In this document: piece by piece, positions 46,548 to 55,393 of the stretch | Numbering within the stretch: the stretch's first letter is position 1 | Layout: each line of letters starts with the position of its first letter | From: an uncultured Acidobacteriaceae bacterium | GTDB taxonomy: Bacteria > Acidobacteriota > Terriglobia > Terriglobales > Acidobacteriaceae | Length of the DNA: 64,000 nucleotides | Assembly: GCA_963699875.1 (NCBI GenBank) | Contig: CAVOVN010000011.1 | Coordinates: forward strand, 6,744-70,743 | Direction: 5' to 3' | Position numbers and translations under genes: made by a program | Notes under the pieces: model-generated | What the model saw: only the letters and a program-made list of their open reading frames with translations | The model's database searches: none | Told to the model about the DNA's origin: nothing

Positions 46548-47749
46548 TTATCGTATCCCCGCTTCGCCCGCGCGGAATTTCCAGTAGTCGCCGGCGGTCT
46601 CACTCAGATCGCCCGAGGCTTTTTCTCCTTTGAACACGCGCGAGACGCCGCGCACCACGCGCCGCATCGGCAACTCGCCGGCGCTATCAGCCAGGAACAA
46701 CTCACCGGTCTTCGATGTGCGGTAGTACCAGCGCTTGAGGATCGCCAGGTGCTCCATCCATTCCAGCGCGCTGTGCGGCTTGCACGACGCGACCTGCGCG
46801 AGTGCATCCAGGATGCGCGCCTCCATCGACAGTGGCTTGGCCCGCAGATGTTCCGCTTCGGCCTGAGCTCCCACATTGAGGGATATCGGCTCGCAGATCA
46901 TTCCCGCCTCGATCTTGAACAGGGCAACTGATTCCGCCTCGGCCGAGGGCTGAACCATCACACCGTTGAGTTCATCGAGCCTTCGTACAACCTCGGGTAA
47001 CTGCGACGACGCGGCTTTTACTTTCTCCAGCCGTGTGTGCAGTGTCGCCGCGCCTTCGAAATCAAGATTGGCCGACGCTTCGTCCCGCATATGCTCGATC
47101 TCGCGCACCAGCGATTGGCCTTGGCTTTCGAAGTACTGCTGAACCCGGCCGACCTCTGCCGCATACTCGTCGTCAGTGCAGCCCTTGAAACATGGGCGCC
47201 AGGCACATCTTCATTTCGGAATAGATACAGCCAGGGAACGCCGGGTCCGGGATGTAGGTCGTCGACGCAACGGCGCATTTTAAACAGGTCAAGCGAGTCG
47301 TTCGCGAATTTCTCAGCCGCCACTCGCGATGCGAACGGACCGTAATACACAGAGTTGCTCTTCACTCCGGAGATGCGCGTGGTTACGGTGGCGCGAGGAT
47401 AAGGGTTGTTCAGGATCAGCTTAACCAACGGCGCGAAACGCAGCCGCAGGCGTTTTTCGTAGCTCGCGGGAAACTCGCGACGCAATACCTTGTACAGCAG
47501 CAGTGACGCTTCGAAGTCTGACCCTGTGGGAGTCCACTCAACCGAGCGGACCCGATCGCGCAGATTGAGCTTACGGCCGTCGGCGGCGCCCAACAGACGC
47601 TGCAATCGGCGACGTAGATTCGCGGTCTTGCCGACGTAGGGCTCGCTGCCCTCGACACCGCGCAATACGAAAACCGCCGAGCCCACCGGAGCGGCAGCGA
47701 ACAACTCGGCGTCGCGGTCGGGCGCGAACTCTGGGAATTCGAAATCCAC
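46548..47749 (-). pseudogene. UvrC N-terminal-half homolog (GIY-YIG, Cys cluster, UVR motif), two frame shifts as assembled
   Basis: GIY-YIG-like FVLRG..EPYVGKTANLRRRLQRL. The Cys cluster FPGCIYSEMKMCLAP / CFKGCTDDEYAAEV is readable only by shifting +1 near 47240 and again near 47193. UVR motif LDFEGAATLHTRLEKV. Confidence 0.75.
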
Positions 47750-47786
47750 GCTTAGATTCTAGAAGGTGTTAACGGATATTTGACTT

Positions 47787-47942
47787 GTCATTCTGAGCGA
47801 AGCGAAGAACCTGTTCTCGCCGGCACGGCAAAACAAGTTCGGGCGAGCACAATGTCGCGGATGCGCTAGCGAGGCCCTGTGAGCTCAGTCGCGCTGTGCA
47901 CAAGAGCAGGTCCTTCGTCCACCACGGCAGACTCAGGATGAC
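47787..47942. repeat. inverted pair of the GTCAT(C/T)CTGAGCG... dispersed repeat
   Basis: GTCATTCTGAGCGAAGCGAAGAACCTGTTC at 47787-47815 and GAGCAGGTCCTTCGTCCACCACGGCAGACTCAGGATGAC at 47904-47942. Confidence 0.75.
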
Positions 47943-47999
47943 AAATCCAAACAGGATGACATCCGTCGAGGCGCACTGCCCGGCAAGCCCGGCGCTCAC

Positions 48000-48329
48000 C
48001 TACTCCAAACTTCCCTGTTCGATCACGACATTCTCGCGAACGATCAACCGATGCGCCGCCATCTCCCGCAGCTTGGGAAGCACGCGAGTGACATGTTCGT
48101 CGGTATCGACGAACGTCAGGACAATGGGAAGGTTTCCTCCCGCCTCTACCAGATGAGCGGTGCTCAGACGGTTGCGGCCCTGGAAGCCTGCGAGTGAGTG
48201 GTAGGCCACAGCTCCGGCGACGTTTTCTTCGCGTAGATACTTCAGCACCTCCAAATGCAGGGGCCGGTGATGCCACGAGTCGCCTTCGCAGAGGTACATC
48301 GTTACCTGGACTGCCATCGCGACTGTCAT
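48000..48329 (-). CDS. DUF190 domain protein (commonly crcB-associated)
   Basis: MYLCEGDSWHHRPLHLEVLKYLREENVAGA... matches my recollection of DUF190. Starts 1 nt after the crcB stop. Confidence 0.8.
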   Translation of the reverse strand: MTVAMAVQVTMYLCEGDSWHHRPLHLEVLKYLREENVAGAVAYHSLAGFQGRNRLSTAHLVEAGGNLPIVLTFVDTDEHVTRVLPKLREMAAHRLIVRENVVIEQGSLE

Positions 48330-48330
48330 T

Positions 48331-48708
48331 TTATATCCACCTCGCAAGGGCAGCTCCGGCCGCGACGGCCACAAGGCAAAGAACGTTGCTGCCGATCACG
48401 TTCAAAGCCGCCTGCGACCACTGGCCTTGCTCCATCAGCGCAAACGATTCGAAGGCATAACTGGAGAAAGTCGTGTACGAACCGCAAAACCCAACCGCCA
48501 CCAGCAGCCGCCAATGATCGGCGACAAACAAGCGCTCGGTCGCAACGATCAGGAAGAAGCCCAGCAACAAGCTTCCAGTGACATTAATAAGGAGCGTTCC
48601 ATAGGGAAAGGCGCTGAAAGCCAGCTTTGCAACGTAGTTGCTCAGCAGATACCGGGCGCAGGCGCCGAGCACGGCGCCTATAGAGATGTAGAGCAGTCTT
48701 TCGGCCAA
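48331..48708 (-). CDS. crcB: fluoride ion channel CrcB/FluC
   Basis: Four TM helices with GTLLINVTGS and GFCGSYTTFS motifs. TTG start with AGGAG 7 nt upstream. Confidence 0.9.
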   Translation of the reverse strand: MAERLLYISIGAVLGACARYLLSNYVAKLAFSAFPYGTLLINVTGSLLLGFFLIVATERLFVADHWRLLVAVGFCGSYTTFSSYAFESFALMEQGQWSQAALNVIGSNVLCLVAVAAGAALARWI

Positions 48709-48714
48709 GGCAGT

Positions 48715-48779
48715 CTCCTACACAGAGTTGGTAGGAGTTATCAGCCCTTGCGCGGGCGGTTAAGGCGAACTCCATCGCC
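48715..48779 (-). promoter_or_regulatory. fluoride riboswitch (crcB RNA motif) with SD-sequestering platform
   Basis: The minus strand reads GGCGAUGGAGUUCGCCUUAACCGCCCGCGCAAGGGCUGAUAACUCCUAC, then CAACUCUGU, then GUAGGAG (containing the SD). TATAAT lies at 48793-48788. Confidence 0.85.
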
Positions 48780-48888
48780 TGACAACATTATATAAAGTTC
48801 GTTCCCCAGAAGCAGTGCCTTCCGTTGCCAACCCGAAAACGCCCCGACCATTTCTATGACATCCGGATTTAAACGCTGGTTTTTCAGC

Positions 48889-49000
48889 AGCTTACGCTAT
48901 CACCTCGAACTTACCTCCATATCACCTCGAGAGTATTGATCGCCCGGGCGAAGCGGCGCATTGTGCCCTCACGAGAGCGGAACTAAGCAACGCGTCGCCT
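48889..49000 (+). repeat. conserved leader box, copy 1 (putative promoter plus 5-prime leader)
   Basis: Aligns with 53297-53409. The last 47 nt differ at a single position. Contains two TATCACCTC units 21 nt apart. Confidence 0.75.
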
Positions 49001-49044
49001 TGGTCGCTCTCGAATCCAGGGACCTGGCGAACCAGGAGGCCACC

Positions 49045-49407
49045 ATGAAAACGCGAGACACGCAGGGGTCGTTCATCATTCTTATCTGGGCGCTCATCGC
49101 GAAGGTAGAACAGCTTACCAACGTTCCGGGCGTCTCCACTTATCCCCGCGCCGAACTGGTGGCCGATCTTCTTACTGCGCCCCCTGGTTTGCAGAAGCAT
49201 GCAGAGGCAGCAGGCCGAAGAAGCCCGCCTCAGCCAAAGAGTTTTCCGCTACAGCGGTTCCCACCCATCCACTCCCTCCTGTGCTTCCTCCTCTTTATCG
49301 AGGCTGCTGGGGTAACGCACGCCCCAGCACCCAAGCGGCGAGCGAACGTGCCGCAGATGGAATCGGCGATGGCCAGCTCAACCATCGCCAAGAGACCAAC
49401 GAATTAA
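49045..49407 (+). CDS. small ORF of the duplicated leader module, copy 1 (coding status uncertain)
   Basis: AGGAGG 6 nt upstream of the ATG. The N-terminal roughly 45 codons (MKTRDTQGSFIILIWALIAKV...) are conserved with copy 2. The stop overlaps the next ATG (TAATG). The C-terminal two thirds look non-protein-like. Confidence 0.3.
   Translation: MKTRDTQGSFIILIWALIAKVEQLTNVPGVSTYPRAELVADLLTAPPGLQKHAEAAGRRSPPQPKSFPLQRFPPIHSLLCFLLFIEAAGVTHAPAPKRRANVPQMESAMASSTIAKRPTN
49365..49389 (+). promoter_or_regulatory. conserved 5-prime-UTR hairpin, copy 1
   Basis: GGCGATGG-CCAGCTCAA-CCATCGCC, identical to 55341-55365. Ends 17 nt before the ATG at 49407. Confidence 0.5.
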
Positions 49408-50213
49408 TGAGGTTCATCATGCATAGTTCTAGTTCCTACTCTCTGGGTGTAACCCGTGAACAAAAATCAGCCGCCTCCAGATTTGCGCTGATGGTTTCTC
49501 TGTTCGCACTTCTTTTTATCGGGGTGCTCGCGAACGCACAATGTGTCCCCAACTGTCTCTTCTACGGCGGCGACTTCGAGCTTGCCAACAACAACGCTAA
49601 CGCCCTGCCAAACGAAAATGACGCCATCGTAGGCGCCGTTCCGTATGGCGCTGCCACCTTCCAGAACTTTGTTATCCCGGCCGGGCATACCTGGAATATC
49701 ACCAGTCTGTTCACCAACAACATCACCTCCCTTACGAACCCCCAGAGTGCCTATTTCGAGATTCGCACCGGCGTCTCAGAAGGCAATGGTGGAACGGTGA
49801 TCGCTTCCGGCTATGGCAATGCCGGGGCCGGCACTTTCACCTGGACGCCGACTGGCCGCAATGGTTTTGGCTTAGACGAGTACATGGCCCACGTGACCGG
49901 ACTCAACATCAACCTGGGCGCCGGCATGTACTGGGAGTCGGTGGTTCCGCAGGCACCCAATGATGCAGGCCGTTCTTTCAACACCAATACATTCACCAGG
50001 CCGGGTGGTTTTGGAACGCAGATCAGCGATCAGCAGTACTTCGACTCCCCATTTTTCGGTAGCAGCTTTACCAATGCTGACAATCTGGGCTCTTTCCCAA
50101 CTTTCTCCAGCGGTATTGATGGAGTTGACGCACCTGAGCCTTCGACTTTGCTCATGCTCGGCTCCGGGGTGGTCAGTGTAGCCGGTCTGTTGCGGAGGAA
50201 GTTGGTCGGATAG
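49407..50213 (+). CDS. PEP-CTERM sorting domain protein
   Basis: C-terminus APEPSTLLMLGSGVVSVAGLLRRKLVG. Signal peptide after MRFIMHSSSS.... Confidence 0.85.
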   Translation: MRFIMHSSSSYSLGVTREQKSAASRFALMVSLFALLFIGVLANAQCVPNCLFYGGDFELANNNANALPNENDAIVGAVPYGAATFQNFVIPAGHTWNITSLFTNNITSLTNPQSAYFEIRTGVSEGNGGTVIASGYGNAGAGTFTWTPTGRNGFGLDEYMAHVTGLNINLGAGMYWESVVPQAPNDAGRSFNTNTFTRPGGFGTQISDQQYFDSPFFGSSFTNADNLGSFPTFSSGIDGVDAPEPSTLLMLGSGVVSVAGLLRRKLVG

Positions 50214-50242
50214 CTACGCAGACTCTTCTCTGTGCAGGTGAC

Positions 50243-50267
50243 GAGCAGCTTCGCGGAGTAGCTGCTC
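50243..50267 (+). terminator. hairpin after PEP-CTERM gene
   Basis: GAGCAGCT-TCGCGGAGT-AGCTGCTC followed by CTTATATA. Confidence 0.4.
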
Positions 50268-50315
50268 CTTATATAAGCTCAACGACGCCGCAACATAACT
50301 GAGAAAGGAAATCAT

Positions 50316-50954
50316 ATGAAAACCAGCTTCGCAAAATTATCCGCTTTATCTATCTTGTTCCTGGCCTTTTCCGTAGTTTCATCCTTTGCCGCAAACATTA
50401 CTATCTATGGCACCGGCGAAACCAACAGCGGAACCGGGCAGGCCGATCCAAACTATCAACTAATTAGCGCGCCGCCCGGAGTCGCCCTCGGCCCAGCATA
50501 CACGGCTTCTTATGTTGCGTGGCACACTCCACCCCCGGGCTTGTACTGGGACAACCCTGTCAACCCATTTAATTACGCTCCGATTGGCGACTACGACTAT
50601 CGCACTACCTTTGACTTAAGCGGCTTCAATGCGGCCAGCGCCGTGCTGGCAGGACAAACGGGGGTGGATGACACCGGCACGATTTGGCTCAACGGTGTGA
50701 TGGTAGCAAGTATGGGAAGTCTCTCTTCCTTTGCTCCATTCACCATCACCGATGGCCTGAATGGGGCGCACTTCTTGTCCGGTCTTAACACGTTGGACTT
50801 CAAGGTCAATAACGACCCGCATTACGTCAATACGCCGACCGGTCTCATGGTAGACATCAGCGGCACGGCTGATGCCGTACCCGAGCCTGCCAGCCTGACG
50901 CTTCTGGGATCCGGAATTGTTGGATTGGCGGAGCTATTGCGGCGGCGGGCCTGA
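50316..50954 (+). CDS. PEP-CTERM sorting domain protein
   Basis: C-terminus VPEPASLTLLGSGIVGLAELLRRRA. Signal peptide present. GAAAGGA upstream. Confidence 0.85.
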   Translation: MKTSFAKLSALSILFLAFSVVSSFAANITIYGTGETNSGTGQADPNYQLISAPPGVALGPAYTASYVAWHTPPPGLYWDNPVNPFNYAPIGDYDYRTTFDLSGFNAASAVLAGQTGVDDTGTIWLNGVMVASMGSLSSFAPFTITDGLNGAHFLSGLNTLDFKVNNDPHYVNTPTGLMVDISGTADAVPEPASLTLLGSGIVGLAELLRRRA

Positions 50955-51025
50955 CAGCGAACATACTGTGGAGTCAATCTTCGCGTCATAACCATTTACG
51001 AAACACCTAATTATGGGGAAATCAT

Positions 51026-52390
51026 ATGAAAGCAATCTCTGTAAAACCGTTAGCTTCACCAATTGTGTTACTGGCGCTCGCCAGCACGCTCATCTTTTCT
51101 ATATTCGGACTACAGCAAACTGCGGTAGCCCAGCCTGATCCCACTTCGCAGTTCCGCAACAATGCCGAACACACCGGCGAAGTCGTCGAGTCGTTTCTGC
51201 ACCTTTCCAACATCTCCGATCTGGCTATCCAGTGGAAGGGAATAACAACCAGTTCGATTGTTGCATCGGCGACCGTTGTTATCCAGCCGATCGATCATGG
51301 TCACCACCATGTAGCCTATGTAACTTCCTACGATGGATTTCTCTATGCCTTTAACGCTGATAATTGCTACTTCGGGCACGAAAGCGGTGGAGGACAGGAA
51401 TGCCCTGTCCTGTGGCAATTTGCTATCGGCAACAATGCGTTCAGTTCGCCCGCTGTAGCGACCGAGCTCATCGGTGGTACGCCGACTTCGGTTGCATACG
51501 TCGCCGGCGGTGGCGGCGACCTTTACGCGATCAATGCGGTTACCGGAACGCAGATCTGGACAACTCACATCGGTAATCCAGGCCCGTACACCTCACCAGT
51601 TGTTGCCAATGGAGTGGTTTACATCCTTTCCACAGGTCTGGGCGAGCTGCTTGCTTTCGATGCGGTGGCTGGTGGCCCTTCTCTGTGGGCGGCAGTCACG
51701 AAAGGGTGGGCCTCTCCGACAATCGCTAAGGGAATTGTCTATGTGGGCGATGATTCTGGCACTATTCGCGCGTTCAGTGCCAACGGATGCGCGTCCCCCC
51801 CGTGTCAGCCGCTCGGAAGCATCAGCGGCTTCGGCGCATTCAACTCGACGGCCGCGGTCAGCAATGGACGAGTCTTCGTGGGGTCGGATGACTACAATCT
51901 TTACGCCTTTGAGGCTTCCGACGCATCTTGCAGTAGCATCTGCGGTCCACTATGGTCCGCCAACCTGGGTAGCCCCGTGCTTTCTTCACCTGCCGTCGCC
52001 AATGGTGTTGTCTATGTAATCGGTGGCAGCTTCACCAGTAACGGCAAGCTCTATGCCTTCGACGCAAACTGTTCGGGACCGGCATGCGGTACACCGCTTT
52101 GGACCGGGGACATCCACGGTTATTACTCAGCCTCTTCACCGGTTGTAGCGAACGGTGTTGTGTATGTCGATTCCGATGACGGTTACACCTATGCGTTCGA
52201 CGTGACCGGCTGTGGCGGCTCAACCACGTGTAGTCCCCTTGTGCGCGTGAACACGCACAACGGTGCGAGCGTGGAGTCGTCACCAGCCGTAGTCGATGGG
52301 GTTGTCTATGTCGGATCCACCGATGGAACCCTGTACATCCTCGGAACCTGCGGTTATGTGTGCCGCTATGACAACCAGAGTCTCTACTGA
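51026..52390 (+). CDS. secreted PQQ-like beta-propeller repeat protein
   Basis: Repeated units of the type SSPAVANGVVYV.S.DG.LYAFDA. Signal peptide present. Confidence 0.8.
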   Translation: MKAISVKPLASPIVLLALASTLIFSIFGLQQTAVAQPDPTSQFRNNAEHTGEVVESFLHLSNISDLAIQWKGITTSSIVASATVVIQPIDHGHHHVAYVTSYDGFLYAFNADNCYFGHESGGGQECPVLWQFAIGNNAFSSPAVATELIGGTPTSVAYVAGGGGDLYAINAVTGTQIWTTHIGNPGPYTSPVVANGVVYILSTGLGELLAFDAVAGGPSLWAAVTKGWASPTIAKGIVYVGDDSGTIRAFSANGCASPPCQPLGSISGFGAFNSTAAVSNGRVFVGSDDYNLYAFEASDASCSSICGPLWSANLGSPVLSSPAVANGVVYVIGGSFTSNGKLYAFDANCSGPACGTPLWTGDIHGYYSASSPVVANGVVYVDSDDGYTYAFDVTGCGGSTTCSPLVRVNTHNGASVESSPAVVDGVVYVGSTDGTLYILGTCGYVCRYDNQSLY

Positions 52391-52630
52391 GCTGGTCTGC
52401 CTGTAAACAACTCACGGGATGCCGCTATTCACGGGTATCCCGCCCTGAGTTAGAGGTAATCACCATGGCTTGCCGACCATGATTGGCTAATGGAAAGAAC
52501 AGTCGTTTACCTCCAAACGATCTACGCTGATGTACCCAGGTGCTCGCGGCAGTGTGGAGAATGGACTAGTTGATCAGACGTGCATAAGGGTACGCCTCCG
52601 CCGCATACAATGGTCAGCAAGGAAGAAGTC

Positions 52631-53047
52631 ATGCCCCTTCAGCCGGAAGTGCAGTCGTTGCTTTCACGTCCTAACTTCGCCCACCTCTCCACCTTGATGC
52701 CCGACGGCTCGCCGAACACCACGCCGGTTTGGATCGGGCTCGAGGGCGACAACATTGTTATCTGTACCAGCGAGGGCAGCCTGAAGGCACGCAACCTGCG
52801 CCACGATCCGCGCCTGTCCCTCTCCGTCGTGGATTTCGACAATCCTTACGAAGAGGTACAGATTCGGGGACGCGTGGTTGAGGTTCGTGACGACTCGAAG
52901 CTCGACACCATGGACAAGATCTCGCAGAAATATATTGGTGCTCCATTCCCAATGCGTGACTTCAAGCAGATCGCCATGATCATCGAAGTCGAGAAGGCGC
53001 GCTACACTAAGCTCCCCTTCCAGCACACCCCGCCGGGACGTACTTAG
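52631..53047 (+). CDS. pyridoxamine 5-prime-phosphate oxidase family (PPOX class, possibly F420-dependent) protein
   Basis: FAHLSTLMPDGSPNTTPVW...VICTSEGSLKARNLRHDPRLSLSV split-barrel pattern. AAGGAAG upstream of the ATG at 52631. Confidence 0.8.
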   Translation: MPLQPEVQSLLSRPNFAHLSTLMPDGSPNTTPVWIGLEGDNIVICTSEGSLKARNLRHDPRLSLSVVDFDNPYEEVQIRGRVVEVRDDSKLDTMDKISQKYIGAPFPMRDFKQIAMIIEVEKARYTKLPFQHTPPGRT

Positions 53048-53296
53048 CCATTGCCAACTAGCTGTTAGCAACTGCAAAGAAGCAGCCAGGTGATGAGACA
53101 TGGGGCCGTGCGTCCGATCGTGCGTCCCATCCATTCCCTCTAGAGATTCCGGAGTCTCCCATGTGGAATCGGTGGTTCAGACTCCTCAGCTTTGATCCGC
53201 GCCATCCGCGTGATCCGCGCTTCTTCTCCCTCTTCTTCCCCGATCCCAGGCGCCCGTTTGATGATGATGTTTGCCCTCACGCCCATTCTCTTCAAT

Positions 53297-53409
53297 AGCT
53301 TGCGCTATCACCTCCAACTTATCTCCATATCACCTCGCAAGTATTGAACGCCGAACCAGACGCGGCGCATTGTGCCCTCACGAGAGCGGAACTGAGCAAC
53401 GCGTCGCCT
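53297..53409 (+). repeat. conserved leader box, copy 2
   Basis: See copy 1. It is followed by a 140-nt non-conserved spacer and then the small ORF. Confidence 0.75.
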
Positions 53410-53549
53410 CAGCCGCCCTCGCAGGACCCAAACGCCGGAGGCGGGATAACCGTTGATTCCTTCAGCACCCAGCCTCCGGTCGCCAAGGTTCTCCAACGAG
53501 GCGGCACATGCGGTCGAAATCCACGGATTGCCAACGAAAGGAGACCATC

Positions 53550-53825
53550 ATGAAAACGCGAGACACCCAGGGGGCATTCATCTCTCTTATCTGGACGCTC
53601 ATAGCGAAGGTTAAGCAAATCACCACCGCTTCCAGCGTCCCCATTCATCCCCACGCGGACATGGCGGCCGATCTTCTTTTGCAGCCCGTGGTTTCCCGCA
53701 GTACGCAGCGACGGCTGGCTGAAGATGCCAGCCTCAACCACCAGGTCTATCGCTTCAGCAGTGTCAATAACGCGACTTCCCTCTGCCGGCTGGATCGGGG
53801 CGCGCTGAACTTGCCTGTGCGGTAA
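53550..53825 (+). CDS. small ORF of the duplicated leader module, copy 2 (coding status uncertain)
   Basis: AAAGGAG 7 nt upstream of the ATG. MKTRDTQGAFISLIWTLIAKVKQIT... is conserved with copy 1 for about 45 codons. Confidence 0.3.
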   Translation: MKTRDTQGAFISLIWTLIAKVKQITTASSVPIHPHADMAADLLLQPVVSRSTQRRLAEDASLNHQVYRFSSVNNATSLCRLDRGALNLPVR

Positions 53826-53856
53826 GCGATACCAACTCGGAAAAATTGGAGCTTAT

Positions 53857-55287
53857 ATGAAAACGCACTTCTTCAGGACTCAGAGACTAAGCTGCGGGAC
53901 TTTTTTCAGCATTCACCGAGAGGTCTTCACCCTAGTCTTCCTGCTGGTTGTTCTCGTCCTGGTCCTTGGTGGACCAGCGAGTGCCTCCCCGCGACACAAT
54001 TTGAAGCGCGATTCCGCAGGCCAAGCGGGCAGGTCGCAATTCTTCTACTCGCTGGGCCAGGGCTATTTCAACTATCCGTCATCGGATGACAACTGGCTCG
54101 GTGGCACCGGCAACTGGACGAATGCCGCGCTATGGAGCGCCGGCGTGCCGGGCAGCAGCAGCGATGTCTTCATCGGCTCCGGCGGCGACGACCGCTCCAT
54201 CTACACTCCGAGCAACGGAACCATCAACTCGCTGACTGTCGGTGCAGCGACCGGAACTGCCGAGTTCCAGGAGATGACCGGCGCTGGACTGGTTGTTAGC
54301 GGCACACTTAACAACCAGGTGAACGGCACCGTTATCAACGCCGGAACGCTGTCGGTTGCCAGCCTGGCGAATCTTGGCACTCTGAACAACCAGGGCACTC
54401 TCACCCTCACCAACCAGCCAAACGGCATCACGCAGATCGCGCCGGATTCGCAGTTCGACAATATCGGCACTGTCCTGGCGGGCAGCAACAATGCCTTCGC
54501 TCAACTGCAGGACATCGAAGGGCACTTCCTGCAGCACAACGGGCAGACGACCAACATCACTCCCGGCAGCGGGACGCTTACCATCGGCGCGCCGGGCTTC
54601 TTTGAGATGTCCCGCTGGAACACCATGACCTCGGTACAAGTCAATGGAGACCTGAATAACCAGGGCCGGATCAGGACCGATGGAGGAGCGCTCACTGTAA
54701 CCGGCGCCTTCAACAATGCCGGTTCGTTGCTATGGTATGGCGACGGTTTCGCCAATGTTAATCGCCTTACAGCCACGCATGGTCTGGTGAATACCGGGAG
54801 TATTGGGCTTGCCTTTGGCAGCGTCCTCAGCACTCCCTACTTCAGCAATAGCAACTACCTGAGCATTGATCACGCCTCTGCTTTTCTGGTCGGCACGGGT
54901 ACTGCGGGAGCTGGCTATCAGCAGTTTGCCGATGGTCGGCTGACCGAAAACCTCGGTGATGCCTTCCACTTCGGGGTCATGTTCGCCGACAGCTTCGCAC
55001 TGGACGGCACCCTCGACATCGAGCTGCAAAACGGCTTCACTCCGCAGGCAGGCTCGTCCTTCATCATCGGATATGCCAAGGCAGGCGGCTTGAGCGGCCA
55101 GTTCGCGAACATCAGCAATCAGTTCTTCAACAATGGGACGGAAGAGTGGGTGGTGAACTATGACAACCCCCATGGCTATCTGGAGCTGGATGCAATCGAC
55201 ACTAACGCGCCGGAGCCGGGCACTCTCCTGCTCTTAGGTACCTCAATGGCTGGCGTGGGCGGTCTACTGCGGCGTCGGCTCGGCTGA
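53857..55287 (+). CDS. PEP-CTERM sorting domain protein with autotransporter-like GTLNN repeat region
   Basis: C-terminus APEPGTLLLLGTSMAGVGGLLRRRLG. Internal repeats (GTLNNQ...). Signal/TM segment present. Confidence 0.85.
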   Translation: MKTHFFRTQRLSCGTFFSIHREVFTLVFLLVVLVLVLGGPASASPRHNLKRDSAGQAGRSQFFYSLGQGYFNYPSSDDNWLGGTGNWTNAALWSAGVPGSSSDVFIGSGGDDRSIYTPSNGTINSLTVGAATGTAEFQEMTGAGLVVSGTLNNQVNGTVINAGTLSVASLANLGTLNNQGTLTLTNQPNGITQIAPDSQFDNIGTVLAGSNNAFAQLQDIEGHFLQHNGQTTNITPGSGTLTIGAPGFFEMSRWNTMTSVQVNGDLNNQGRIRTDGGALTVTGAFNNAGSLLWYGDGFANVNRLTATHGLVNTGSIGLAFGSVLSTPYFSNSNYLSIDHASAFLVGTGTAGAGYQQFADGRLTENLGDAFHFGVMFADSFALDGTLDIELQNGFTPQAGSSFIIGYAKAGGLSGQFANISNQFFNNGTEEWVVNYDNPHGYLELDAIDTNAPEPGTLLLLGTSMAGVGGLLRRRLG

Positions 55288-55340
55288 GCTGTCTCTCACG
55301 CGATTCTGTGCGGTGAGCGAAGTTGCTGCAACTTTCAATA

Positions 55341-55365
55341 GGCGATGGCCAGCTCAACCATCGCC
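55341..55365 (+). promoter_or_regulatory. conserved 5-prime-UTR hairpin, copy 2
   Basis: Identical 25-mer GGCGATGGCCAGCTCAACCATCGCC. Ends 28 nt before the ATG at 55394. Confidence 0.5.
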
Positions 55366-55393
55366 GATAAACCAGCATTAGAGGAGGTCATTA

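Noticed and set aside
48955-49000. A sigma-54 (-24/-12) or ECF-type promoter in the conserved leader box (GGCGCATTGTGCC and GGAACTAAGCAACGCGTC).
   Set aside because: The GG-to-GC spacing is 10 rather than 12 nt for sigma-54. The GGAAC-to-CGTC spacing is about 9 rather than 16-17 nt for ECF promoters.
48922-53741. Antisense ORFs across the duplicated leader module (48922..49200 - and 53409..53741 -), which are also conserved between copies.
   Set aside because: Their conservation follows automatically from nucleotide identity. They lack a Shine-Dalgarno sequence and start context, whereas the plus-strand ORF has AGGAGG or AAAGGAG at the correct spacing. Coding status of either strand remains unproven.
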